Made by a program: the position numbers and the translations under genes | Assembly (NCBI GenBank): GCA_958295885.1 | Contig: OY282380.1 | Span: 3,711,070-3,775,069, forward strand | DNA length: 64,000 nucleotides | Source of the DNA: Arenicellales bacterium | Lineage (GTDB): Bacteria; Pseudomonadota; Gammaproteobacteria; Arenicellales; JAJDZL01 | Direction of reading: 5' to 3' | Shown here: positions 48,301-58,567 of the stretch, in pieces | Position numbering within the stretch: position 1 is the stretch's first letter | Layout of the letters: the number at the start of each line of letters is the position of its first letter | The notes under the pieces: model-generated | Seen by the model: the letters and a program-made list of their open reading frames with translations, nothing else | Databases searched by the model: none | What the model was told of the DNA's origin: nothing

Positions 48301-49077
48301 ATGAGTGGGATGCTAAGTGGGATTCTCAGCCTGACAGAACTTACTGCTTCGAGTTTCCTGTTCAGTCTCATTGCTGTGTTTGCGGGTGCTTACCTCAAAG
48401 GTTATACCGGCTTTGGTGCGTCGATGCTCTGGGTGACCAGTCTCTCTCTCGTGCTTTCACCCCTGCAGGTTGTTCCGATGGTTCTGATGTTTGAGGTAGT
48501 CACCAGCATTACGCTTCTGCCGCAGATCTGGAAGAATGTACGTTGGCGATCCATCGGACTGTTGCTGGTAGGGAGTTGGGCGGCGACGCCAATCGGAATT
48601 TATGCCCTCTCCACTCTACCTGCGACGCCGGTGTACATAGCGCTCAGCATCGTCGTCTTCATTGCTGCGGTCTTGATTCTTCGAGGTTTCGCACTTACGA
48701 AACAACCTGGGTCGCTGGCAACATTAGGCGTTGGGCTTATGGCAGGCGTTCTGAACGGAAGCATGGGGATTGTGGGTCCTCCTGTAATCCTGTTCTATTT
48801 CTCCTCGCCGATTGGCTTGGTTGCAGGACGGGCCTCGATCATCACCTATTTCATCGGCACTGATAGCGTTGGAACGGCCATGTTCGCGGCTCAGGGTCTG
48901 ATCGACCCTAGCGCCTACTGGCGTACGGTAGTATTTCTACCGATACTGATCGTCGGTGTTTGGATCGGTAATCACGGCTTTATTAAAACTGATCCGGAGA
49001 CTTTTAAGAAGATTGCGCTCTTCGTCCTTATGGCTCTTTCCGTAATTCTCTTCGTACGAACCGTTTTACCGGCGTGA
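48301..49077 (+). CDS. TauE/SafE-family (sulfite-exporter-like) membrane protein
   Basis: About 258 aa with 7-8 hydrophobic segments and the family motif YLKGYTGFGASML. The track ORF starts at 48235, but ATG 48301 (MSGMLSG...) is more plausible. Confidence 0.8.
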   Translation: MSGMLSGILSLTELTASSFLFSLIAVFAGAYLKGYTGFGASMLWVTSLSLVLSPLQVVPMVLMFEVVTSITLLPQIWKNVRWRSIGLLLVGSWAATPIGIYALSTLPATPVYIALSIVVFIAAVLILRGFALTKQPGSLATLGVGLMAGVLNGSMGIVGPPVILFYFSSPIGLVAGRASIITYFIGTDSVGTAMFAAQGLIDPSAYWRTVVFLPILIVGVWIGNHGFIKTDPETFKKIALFVLMALSVILFVRTVLPA

Positions 49078-49177
49078 TCTGAATAAATTCGGATGAAGAA
49101 TCGGTTTTACATCTGAGTTCACTGAAAGGAAGAATCTATCTGAAATAACCTTTCGAATCAAATAATTCGTTTGGGTG

Positions 49178-49575
49178 GTGTGCCATATCTGGCATTATTC
49201 CGGCACATGTGGTGATGGCCTGGATGACTTGGCTGTGAATGTCCGCTGCCGACCTGACAACGGGAACGGTTAGCCGAACGGCAAGGGTGTCCGTTGCGAA
49301 GCTGAATCTGAAGGAAGCCGAAGGCAAACTACTGGCCTGACGAACAGGAATCGCATACGAGGCGGACACGGCAGGTAATAAAGACCATAGATTCAAAGCC
49401 CGATACTTGTACGGAAACCGTGGGTGTTGATGCGGCAGGCATGAGTGGGAAGGTCGCGCGCATTACGATGGGAGGTCTGCTGCCCTGTCATTGGCTACCG
49501 GATTCGGAAGGAGACGGGATGGGTCGCCAGAAGTCAGCTGAGACCACAGTAGGGCAATGGCATTGTGCGACGGGT
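49178..49575 (+). mobile_element. 5' stump (~400 nt, domains I-III / start of IV) of a bacterial group II intron; no reverse-transcriptase ORF, no domain V/VI
   Basis: It starts with GTGTG (49178). It contains stretches I recognise as conserved in bacterial group II intron RNAs just upstream of the IEP ORF. These are ctgaaggaagccgaaggcaaa, ggcctgacgaacaggaatcgcatacgaggc, cttgtacggaaaccgtg, gggaggtct and ccagaagtcagctgagaccacagtag. The similarity ends abruptly at an AT-rich block at about 49576. The call rests on pattern recognition, not a search. Confidence 0.7.
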
Positions 49576-49615
49576 AACTGATTAATTGAATCATATAGTT
49601 CATTAACTACAATTC

Positions 49616-49646
49616 ATATATTTAATATTAATAATATTAAATATAT
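49616..49646. repeat. 31-nt perfect all-A/T palindrome (15-nt arms, 1-nt centre), containing TAATATTAA x2
   Basis: The sequence atatatttaatatta-a-taatattaaatatat was checked base by base. Confidence 0.9.
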
Positions 49647-50289
49647 TATTCCAACGCTTTGATGCCGAACCCTGTAGTCGTTTGTATTCATCCATCCATT
49701 CACCACAGTGATCTACTGCATTTTTTCTGCCGCCTACCAAGAATTTTTGTACGTCAATGCCTTCGCACTCTCTTGTTTTTTGAGAATTCGATTGCTAGAC
49801 GAAAGACCTTATCAAGCTGTTGAGTCCAGCCTGATTGATCATTACTTCTGCGGCTACCTGCACAGTTCGGCGAAAGGTTTACGCTCAAACAATTCCTGTC
49901 GCCCGCCGATTTCCCGCTTCGGTTCTTCAATGATATCTATCGCACCTTCACAAACCGACAGTGCGATTTGGACTTTCCTAAAAAAACCGGTCGGGGGTTG
50001 GCTTCAATGCCTAAAAACGTTGTAGAAACATCAGAGAAAAACAGTGACGATATGCAAGTTAAATTTTGGAGAGTGCCACAGAACACATTTTCAGACCGGA
50101 GTGAGCAGTTTTCTTAGTGATATGTATTGATTTTTTGTCGACTGCCATTTGAAGTCAAAGCAAAGCAGTCGTTAAGTAGATTAATTTTTGTCAGCAAATT
50201 ACAATAGAGCTGTTATCCGAATTTTTCCAGGCAGTTTTCCAATTTCAGAATATTCGAAGAGAGGATAATCCGCAACAATCCGTTAAGAG

Positions 50290-52044
50290 GTGACCAGAAT
50301 GGTGCAGCTTTCCAAAAATTCCAACAAACAAGCTGATGTTCAGTACGAACCTCATGAAACGCCTTCGCTGCCAGTAGTATTCGGACTTGGATTTCAGTTG
50401 GTAGTACTTACCATCTCCGGTGTTATTCTGACTCCGGTGATCGTCATAAAAGCTGCCGGTATTGAAGGTGATTATTTTCTGTGGGCGATTTTTGCTGCTC
50501 TGGTAATCGCTGGAGTTACGACAATTCTGCAAGCTGTTCGAATTGGTCGATTTGGGGCAGGACACGTTTTAATGATGGGGACATCTGGAGCGTTTATTGC
50601 AGTCTGTGTCACGGCGTTGGCTGAAGGGGGCCCCGCTATGCTGGCAACTTTGGTTGTTGTTTCGTCATTCGCCCAATTTTTCGTTGCATATCGACTTTCT
50701 TGGCTGCGAAATCTGTTCACGCCGACTGTCGGTGGAATCGTCATCATGTTGATTCCTGTCACCGTAATGCCGATCGTTTTCTCCTTGTTGACCGACGTTG
50801 CACCCGAACATCAAAGTACCGGAGCGCCGATGTCTGCTCTGATCACTTTTTTCATTGCCGCAGGACTCGCAATGAAAGCGACTGGCATCATGCGTTTGTG
50901 GCTGCCATTGATCGGACTCATCGTTGGCACGATCGTCAGTGCTTATTGGGGAATGTACGATTTCGCCGCAGTGAGTTCAGCGGCTTGGGTCGGACTGCCC
51001 TCTTTTGCTTGGCCGGGATTTGATTTCGAGTTCAATATTACATTCTGGACTCTACTGCCAGCTTTTATTTTTGTTACGATGGTGGGGCTGTTGGAAACAG
51101 TCGGTGACGCCGTTGGCATTCAACGAGTTTCATGGCGTGAATCAAAGGCACCCGATTATCGTGTAGTGCAAGGTGCGGTCGGTGCGGATGGTGTCGGAAA
51201 TCTACTTTCAGGCTTGCTTGGAACGGTCCCGAACACAACGTACTCCACCAGTTTAGCGGTCACTGAACTGACGGGGGTTGCTTCCCGTGCGGTTGGAATC
51301 TGTGTTGGAATACTGTTTTTTTTCATCGCTTTCATTCCGAAATTCCAATCCATCATCATCGCTATCCCTAGTCCGGTTGTTGCAGCTTACGTGACTGTCC
51401 TGCTGGCAATGTTGTTTGTCACCGGAATGAGATTGGTGATTTCAGATCAGATCAATTTCCGCAAGGGGATTATCGTCGGAGTGTCATTCTGGATTGGAAT
51501 GGGCTTTCAGTTCAATTTAATTTTTCCGGATTTCTTCACCGGGTCATTTGGAAATTTACTTCAGAACGGCATGACTTCCGGTGGAATTACAGCTCTGGTT
51601 CTTACGATGATTTGGCGGGTTTCCTTACAGCGAAAAGTAAAATTCACTTCGGCGCTAGAGTTGGACAAGCTGCCGATAGTAGAGAATTTCATACGCGCAA
51701 ACACCGTGGGATGGAACATTAGCGATGCCGTACTTCAGCGACTGTGTTTGGCCAATGAAGAAACCATCCTCAGCCTGCTGGAGGAAAATCAAGTCGAGAC
51801 GAGCGGAAAATCCCGAACGCTGCTTGTTACGCTGGTGCGAAGGTCGGGATTTGCGGAAATCGAATACATTGCCGCGGTCGGCGCCGACAACATCGAAGAT
51901 CAAGTGGCGCTGCTTAACGAATCTGCGTCAGAATTTAACACAGGTTCACTTTCATTATTAATGCTGCACCACCTCGCTACCAGCGTCAAACATCAAAAAT
52001 ATTTTGACACCGATATAGTAACCATTCAAGTCAGCTTGCAGTAG
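50290..52044 (+). CDS. NCS2 (xanthine/uracil/vitamin C permease) family transporter with an extra ~140-aa C-terminal soluble domain
   Basis: 584 aa with a GTG start. Residues ~25-440 are polytopic with NCS2-like motifs (LLETVGDAVG, TTYSTSLAVTELTGVASR). Residues ~445-584 are hydrophilic and alpha/beta-like (LQRLCLANEETILSLLEEN...RTLLVTLVRRSGFAEIEYIAA...). Confidence 0.85.
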   Translation: MTRMVQLSKNSNKQADVQYEPHETPSLPVVFGLGFQLVVLTISGVILTPVIVIKAAGIEGDYFLWAIFAALVIAGVTTILQAVRIGRFGAGHVLMMGTSGAFIAVCVTALAEGGPAMLATLVVVSSFAQFFVAYRLSWLRNLFTPTVGGIVIMLIPVTVMPIVFSLLTDVAPEHQSTGAPMSALITFFIAAGLAMKATGIMRLWLPLIGLIVGTIVSAYWGMYDFAAVSSAAWVGLPSFAWPGFDFEFNITFWTLLPAFIFVTMVGLLETVGDAVGIQRVSWRESKAPDYRVVQGAVGADGVGNLLSGLLGTVPNTTYSTSLAVTELTGVASRAVGICVGILFFFIAFIPKFQSIIIAIPSPVVAAYVTVLLAMLFVTGMRLVISDQINFRKGIIVGVSFWIGMGFQFNLIFPDFFTGSFGNLLQNGMTSGGITALVLTMIWRVSLQRKVKFTSALELDKLPIVENFIRANTVGWNISDAVLQRLCLANEETILSLLEENQVETSGKSRTLLVTLVRRSGFAEIEYIAAVGADNIEDQVALLNESASEFNTGSLSLLMLHHLATSVKHQKYFDTDIVTIQVSLQ

Positions 52045-52189
52045 GAGCACCGAGAATTTTTGGTTTTGAAATGTGACTTAATTCGCCAGCCAAAGATACA
52101 CTCTTCCTGCTTTGAGCAATATTACTTTCTCTTGGCGTTCTCATTTCCGTCCGGCAGTTCTAATTTTGGCACTTCAATTTTGAACTGAT

Positions 52190-52620
52190 TCGTGCAGTGC
52201 ATCTGCAGTAGCGGATGCGTCAGTCGGTGATCTTTTCGTTGGCACGACTTTCCAGGGCTTCTGATGGCCGGTCTTTACATGGTCTGCATCAATATTTGAC
52301 GTTGATTGCGTCCTAGTAACGGTACTCGCATTCCCCTTTCACCGGATTAAGCCAGCTTAGTTCAAAAACTATTCGTTACAGTGCAGGCTTTTGTTCCTCC
52401 TCTCAATTTGAATTTTACGTGCTGTTTTCAGTGATCATTCAAACGAGCTATCTCACGCCACCGATGGCGCCTGCGATTTTCTGTCCACCGGATTTCACTC
52501 ATCTCACATGTTTCGAGGCATGGTCCCCTTTATCGTGCTTAAGTTGATCACTCTGGGAGTCATGATCGCATTTCCTCAAATCGTAATTTGGCTACCTGAT
52601 AAACTATTGGGATTGAACTA
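52190..52620 (+). pseudogene. dctM: TRAP-transporter large permease (DctM) remnant, frameshifted with internal deletions
   Basis: My translation gives ...VGDLFVGTTF / LLMAGLYMVCI..., then ...VIIQTSYLTPPMAPAIF..., then a frameshift to ...MFRGMVPFIVLKLITLGVMIAFPQIVIWLPDKLLGLN(stop). The last piece is a typical DctM C-terminus. Only about 140 of roughly 430 codons are left. Confidence 0.7.
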
Positions 52621-52634
52621 AGGAGGTAGAGAGT

Positions 52635-53525
52635 ATGGAAGTGACTGAAGTCTTGAATATCCCGCCTTTATTTCTAACCGACGAACAGAGACATTTTTAT
52701 TTTGAAAATGGTTATCTGCTCGTGGAAAAGGCCGTTCCGGACGATCAGTTGGAACGTTTGCGAACAGCAACTGACGAAATGATCGAACGCAGTCGGTCGA
52801 TCACCGCCTCAGACGCTGTTTGGGATCTCGAAAATGGACATGCCGCAGACGAACCGCGCCTGCGACGCCTGACGAGTCCGAATGATCATCATATCGAATA
52901 TTGGAATTATGCTTCAGGCTCGTTAATTACGAGCATTGTTGCGGATTTGGTCGGTCCAAATGTCAAATTTCACCATTCAAAATTAAACTTCAAGTGGGCC
53001 AAAGGCGGCGAAGAAGTGAAATGGCACCAAGACATTCAGTTCTGGCCTCACACCAACTATAGTCCCCTTACTGTCGGACTTTATCTTTATGATTGTTCTG
53101 AAGCTCAAGGTCCGCTTGCCGTACTGCCCAAGAGTCACAGGGGAAAATTGTATGATCAGTACAACGATAGTGACCAGTGGATAGGATGTCTCTCATCTGA
53201 GGACGCAGATGCGCTCGATACGAGTGCGGCTACCCAATTATGTGGCACCGCGGGTTCACTTACGATACACAACTGTCGATTACTGCATTCTTCGATGCCA
53301 AATCGCTCGCCTGTCAGCCGTCCTCTATTACTGAACGCATATTCTGCCGCCGACGCGATGCCCTATACACCCGTACCAACACCGTCCAAATTTTACCAAG
53401 CGATCGTTCGAGGTTCTAACGCCCGTTGGGCGCATCATGACTCTCGATCTTGTCAGATTCCACCTGACTGGTCTGGAGGATATACGTCAATTTTTGCTTT
53501 GCAGCAGGAAGAAGCGGTGATGTAA
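52635..53525 (+). CDS. PhyH-family Fe(II)/2-oxoglutarate-dependent dioxygenase
   Basis: 296 aa with the HxD motif in WHQDIQFW and a distal His in IHNCRLLHSS. A strong RBS (TAAGGAGG) lies just after the dctM-remnant stop. Confidence 0.85.
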   Translation: MEVTEVLNIPPLFLTDEQRHFYFENGYLLVEKAVPDDQLERLRTATDEMIERSRSITASDAVWDLENGHAADEPRLRRLTSPNDHHIEYWNYASGSLITSIVADLVGPNVKFHHSKLNFKWAKGGEEVKWHQDIQFWPHTNYSPLTVGLYLYDCSEAQGPLAVLPKSHRGKLYDQYNDSDQWIGCLSSEDADALDTSAATQLCGTAGSLTIHNCRLLHSSMPNRSPVSRPLLLNAYSAADAMPYTPVPTPSKFYQAIVRGSNARWAHHDSRSCQIPPDWSGGYTSIFALQQEEAVM

Positions 53526-53705
53526 CTGAATTTGATCATCACTGTTCTGTTTGTCGATTCACCACCTGCACCACTTCAGATAGCAACGTGTTCAAAGTAG
53601 TGAACTGTCAAATTTTTGTGTTCCTCGGCAGTCGTACTGGTTTCGAATTTGATCTCTGGAGTTGTACAATTTCCGTACGCTTGAACAATTAAATTCCAAA
53701 TTAGC

Positions 53706-55031
53706 ATGAGTCAAGAGAATAAACTCATTTTGCCTGACATCGGTGACTTCACTGATGTAGAAGTCATTGAATTACACGTCGAAGTGGGATCCACAATTGC
53801 TCTCGAAGATCCAGTCATTACTGTAGAGAGCGACAAAGCTTCCATGGACATCCCTTCATCACTTGAAGGTGAAGTTACGGAAATTTCCGTTGACATCGGA
53901 ACTAAAATTTCTCAGGGCGATCAAATTCTCACAGTTCGAACATCATCTGAATCTTCAGCGTTTACAGAAGACATCACGAGTAAATCGAAGTTAGAGACTG
54001 CAAAACCACCTGTCGTAGAACAGACAGGTTCTCCAAAACGGGTGGAGCAGCCTGCTGAGCGGGTTATTGTTACGCCGCATGCGCCACCACCGACTTTACC
54101 GCCTCCAGTCGAACGTGCAAAAGCCACACTCCCTCATGCAAGTCCCAGCGTTCGAAGATTCGCAAGAGAGTTAGGAGCAGATCTTTCAAAAATCAGAGGA
54201 AGTGGCGCCAAGGGACGCATTCTTCGCGCAGACGTTAAACAATATGTGAAACAATCTCTGCAAAGCGGTGCTGAGATTTCAGGTGGACATCATTTTGGAC
54301 CACCTCCCCTGCCTGAAATTGATTTTTCAAAATTTGGGGATATCGAATCAATCAGAATGTCCAAAATTAAGCGAATTACGGGTGATCGACTGCACCGTTC
54401 CTGGCTTGATATTCCACATGTCACTCACCATGATGAAGCGGACATTACTGAACTGGATGATTTTCGACGAGCGATTGACAACGAGCAGCGGGCAAAAGGA
54501 ACACGCGTCACCATCCTGGCGTTTATCTGTAAAGCCATCATTAACGCTCTGCAGACGTTTCCATCGTTCAATGCGTCATTGTCGACGGACCGACAAAGCC
54601 TCATCCTAAAAAAATACTTCAATATCGGTGTAGCGGTCGATACCAAGAACGGATTGGTTGTTCCGGTAATTAAGGACATCGATAAATTAGGGGTGCTGAA
54701 AATCGCCGAAACTTTACAGGAAATGGGTGAAAAATCGCGAACAGGAACACTAACTCCAAGCGATTTTCAAGGTGGCTGTTTTACAATCTCGAGTCTTGGT
54801 GGAATTGGCGGTCGATTTTTTACTCCCATCATCAACCCACCTGAAGTTGCTATTCTGGGCGTTAGCAGGCATCATCCGGTAGCGGTGCCCAGTCAAAATG
54901 GCGTTGCGTGGAAAACCATGCTGCCGCTGTCACTTTCTTATGACCATCGAGTAATCGATGGCGCCGAAGCTGCGAGATTCACGAAGTTTGTCTGCGACTT
55001 GCTGTATGACTCACGAAGAATCTTGCTTTAA
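53706..55031 (+). CDS. aceF: dihydrolipoyllysine-residue acetyltransferase (PDH E2), single lipoyl domain
   Basis: 441 aa with a lipoyl motif (VESDKASMDIPS), an E3-binding domain (ASPSVRRFARELGADLSKIRGSG) and a catalytic DHRVIDGA. Confidence 0.95.
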   Translation: MSQENKLILPDIGDFTDVEVIELHVEVGSTIALEDPVITVESDKASMDIPSSLEGEVTEISVDIGTKISQGDQILTVRTSSESSAFTEDITSKSKLETAKPPVVEQTGSPKRVEQPAERVIVTPHAPPPTLPPPVERAKATLPHASPSVRRFARELGADLSKIRGSGAKGRILRADVKQYVKQSLQSGAEISGGHHFGPPPLPEIDFSKFGDIESIRMSKIKRITGDRLHRSWLDIPHVTHHDEADITELDDFRRAIDNEQRAKGTRVTILAFICKAIINALQTFPSFNASLSTDRQSLILKKYFNIGVAVDTKNGLVVPVIKDIDKLGVLKIAETLQEMGEKSRTGTLTPSDFQGGCFTISSLGGIGGRFFTPIINPPEVAILGVSRHHPVAVPSQNGVAWKTMLPLSLSYDHRVIDGAEAARFTKFVCDLLYDSRRILL

Positions 55032-55078
55032 GAGATTCATTTCTATCCTTCAGTTGACTTGCTTTTACACCAACCGAT

Positions 55079-56512
55079 ATGCCAAACGTTAATTTAGATG
55101 TTGATGTCGCCGTTCTAGGCTCTGGACCCGGTGGCTACACTGCTGCTTTCAGAGCAGCTGATTTAGGCAAAAGAACCGTTTTGATAGAACGATATCCTGC
55201 TTTAGGTGGAGTGTGTCTCAACGTTGGCTGCATTCCTTCGAAAGCACTCCTGCATGTGGCAAAAGTCATGAACGAAGCCAGTGAACTCAAAGCCAGCGGA
55301 GTCGTGTTTGGAGAACCTGAAATTGATTTAAGAAAACTCCGAGGCTGGGTAGACAAAGTAGTCGGCACTCTTACGGGCGGGCTGTCAGCACTGGCGAAGC
55401 GGAGGTCTGTTCAGGTTGTTCATGGTTATGGTGAGTTCATTAATGGCGACTCAATTGACGTCATCAGTGACGAAGATATCATCACAGTTCGTTTCCGGGA
55501 TGCAGTCATTGCCGCCGGTTCTCAAGCATCAACACCGCCGTTCTTGCCAGACGACCCTCGTATTGTGGATTCTACCGGTGCTTTGGCTCTGAATTCGGTT
55601 CCCGAGCGACTGCTGATCATCGGAGGAGGAATCATCGGTCTTGAATTAGCGACGGTCTATCATGAGTTGGGAAGCTCGGTCACAATTGTTGAAATTATGG
55701 ATGGCTTGATGGTCGAAGCAGATGCAGATCTTGTCAAACCGCTGTTGTCGCGTATAAAAAAACAATACGAAGAAATATTACTCGAAACGCGACTGGTCGG
55801 AGTCGACGCGAGCAAAGACAGTTTGAACGTAACCTTCGAGAATGAAGACGGCCGCATTGAGCGAATTTTTGACATGATACTAACTGCAGTCGGCCGAACA
55901 CCGAATGGGAATAAAATCGGTGCAAGAGAAGCGGGAGTGAATGTCAGCTCAAAAGGCTTCATCGCAGTAGACCGACAACAAAGAACCAATGTTGAAGGAA
56001 TTTATGCGATTGGAGATATTACAGGTCAGCCGATGCTCGCGCATCGAGCAAGCCATCAAGGTAAAGTTGCTGCGGAAGTCATTGCTGGACTGAAGTCAGG
56101 ATTTGATACATCCATCATTCCTTCGGTAGCCTACACAGACCCCGAAGTTGCTTGGGTCGGAGTGACGGAAAAGGAAGCAAGAAAATTCAGTACCGAATAC
56201 AAGAAAGCGACCTTTCCGTGGCGTGCAAGTGGACGTGCGCTATCCATGTCACGAACCGAAGGTGTGACTAAGTTGTTGTTTGACCCAGCCACCAATCGAT
56301 TGATCGGCGCCGGAATTGCAGGCCCCAATGCAGGTGAACTGATCGCTGAAGCGACTTTGGCAATCGAAATGGGCGCTGATGCGCAAGATCTTGCGCTGAC
56401 GATACATGCGCATCCCACTTTATCGGAATCAGTGGGTTTTGCGGCAGAAACCTACGAAGGAACGATTACGGACCTCTACATCCCCAAGAAAATGAAGAAT
56501 ATTCAACGCTAA
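55079..56512 (+). CDS. lpdA: dihydrolipoyl dehydrogenase (E3)
   Basis: 477 aa with the FAD motif VLGSGPGGYTAA and the redox disulfide GGVCLNVGCIPSK. Confidence 0.96.
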   Translation: MPNVNLDVDVAVLGSGPGGYTAAFRAADLGKRTVLIERYPALGGVCLNVGCIPSKALLHVAKVMNEASELKASGVVFGEPEIDLRKLRGWVDKVVGTLTGGLSALAKRRSVQVVHGYGEFINGDSIDVISDEDIITVRFRDAVIAAGSQASTPPFLPDDPRIVDSTGALALNSVPERLLIIGGGIIGLELATVYHELGSSVTIVEIMDGLMVEADADLVKPLLSRIKKQYEEILLETRLVGVDASKDSLNVTFENEDGRIERIFDMILTAVGRTPNGNKIGAREAGVNVSSKGFIAVDRQQRTNVEGIYAIGDITGQPMLAHRASHQGKVAAEVIAGLKSGFDTSIIPSVAYTDPEVAWVGVTEKEARKFSTEYKKATFPWRASGRALSMSRTEGVTKLLFDPATNRLIGAGIAGPNAGELIAEATLAIEMGADAQDLALTIHAHPTLSESVGFAAETYEGTITDLYIPKKMKNIQR

Positions 56513-56538
56513 GTGCAGGCTGTTTTGTACGCCACTGT

Positions 56539-57834
<1,296 letters not shown>

Positions 57835-58567
57835 TTAACTCTTGTAAATTGGTAAGCGATTTATTCTCGTTTGGTTGATCCGACGATTCCAATTCCCACA
57901 AAGGCGCAAATGTAGAGAATCATCCAAGTTCCAGCAATTATAAAATAAGCCACTTCACAAATTTTCGATTGCAGAATCAATAGTTTTGTAATTTATGGAA
58001 AATAAAGAAAATCACCGATTATTCAAAACCAATCCGCGGGCTCATTCGTCGAATGGCAAAATCGGACCAGTGAATCCGACAGTTTACATGCGCCCGCATA
58101 TGGTCGCTGATCTAACAGCTTCGTTCGACAAAATTCCACGCTTCACAAGCTAATTATGAAGCGAATCTAGCAAAATCAAATCCAATGAAATGCTGACTTT
58201 CACTTCCTCTCCAGTTTTCATGGGTTTGAATTTCGGTGATAGATAGAGATCTTTGCAACTGCTCATTCAGCGCTGCGCGCTGGAACAGTTCAGGATAAAA
58301 ATTGCCGTAAAAGTCATACCCCGAAATCTTGACGGCTGCCTGACAAGCCCAAAAAATAGGCATCAAAGCGACGCAATCTGTTGAGAATTGACGCCTCTGG
58401 AACTATCTCAATCTGAATCTCTGGAAAATGCCTCAATTTGCACGCCGGTGAATTCAGGAAATATTTCCGCATTCGAAGAATTGATGCATGCGGCCTCTCT
58501 CTGTGACTGTTCAGACTTGTCCGAGCCGCCTTCATCAGCATCGCCGTTTGAGTATTGCATATCAAAT

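Noticed and set aside
49136-49396. An 86-aa minus-strand ORF
   Set aside because: It lies entirely within the group II intron-like RNA segment on the opposite strand, with no RBS and an Ala/Ser/Pro-rich translation.
49708-50025. A 105-aa plus-strand ORF upstream of the NCS2 permease
   Set aside because: It has no RBS and an odd composition. The opposite strand shows a faint ferredoxin-like peptide (..VCEGAIDIIEEP..), but it is interrupted by stops. Neither reading is supportable as a gene.
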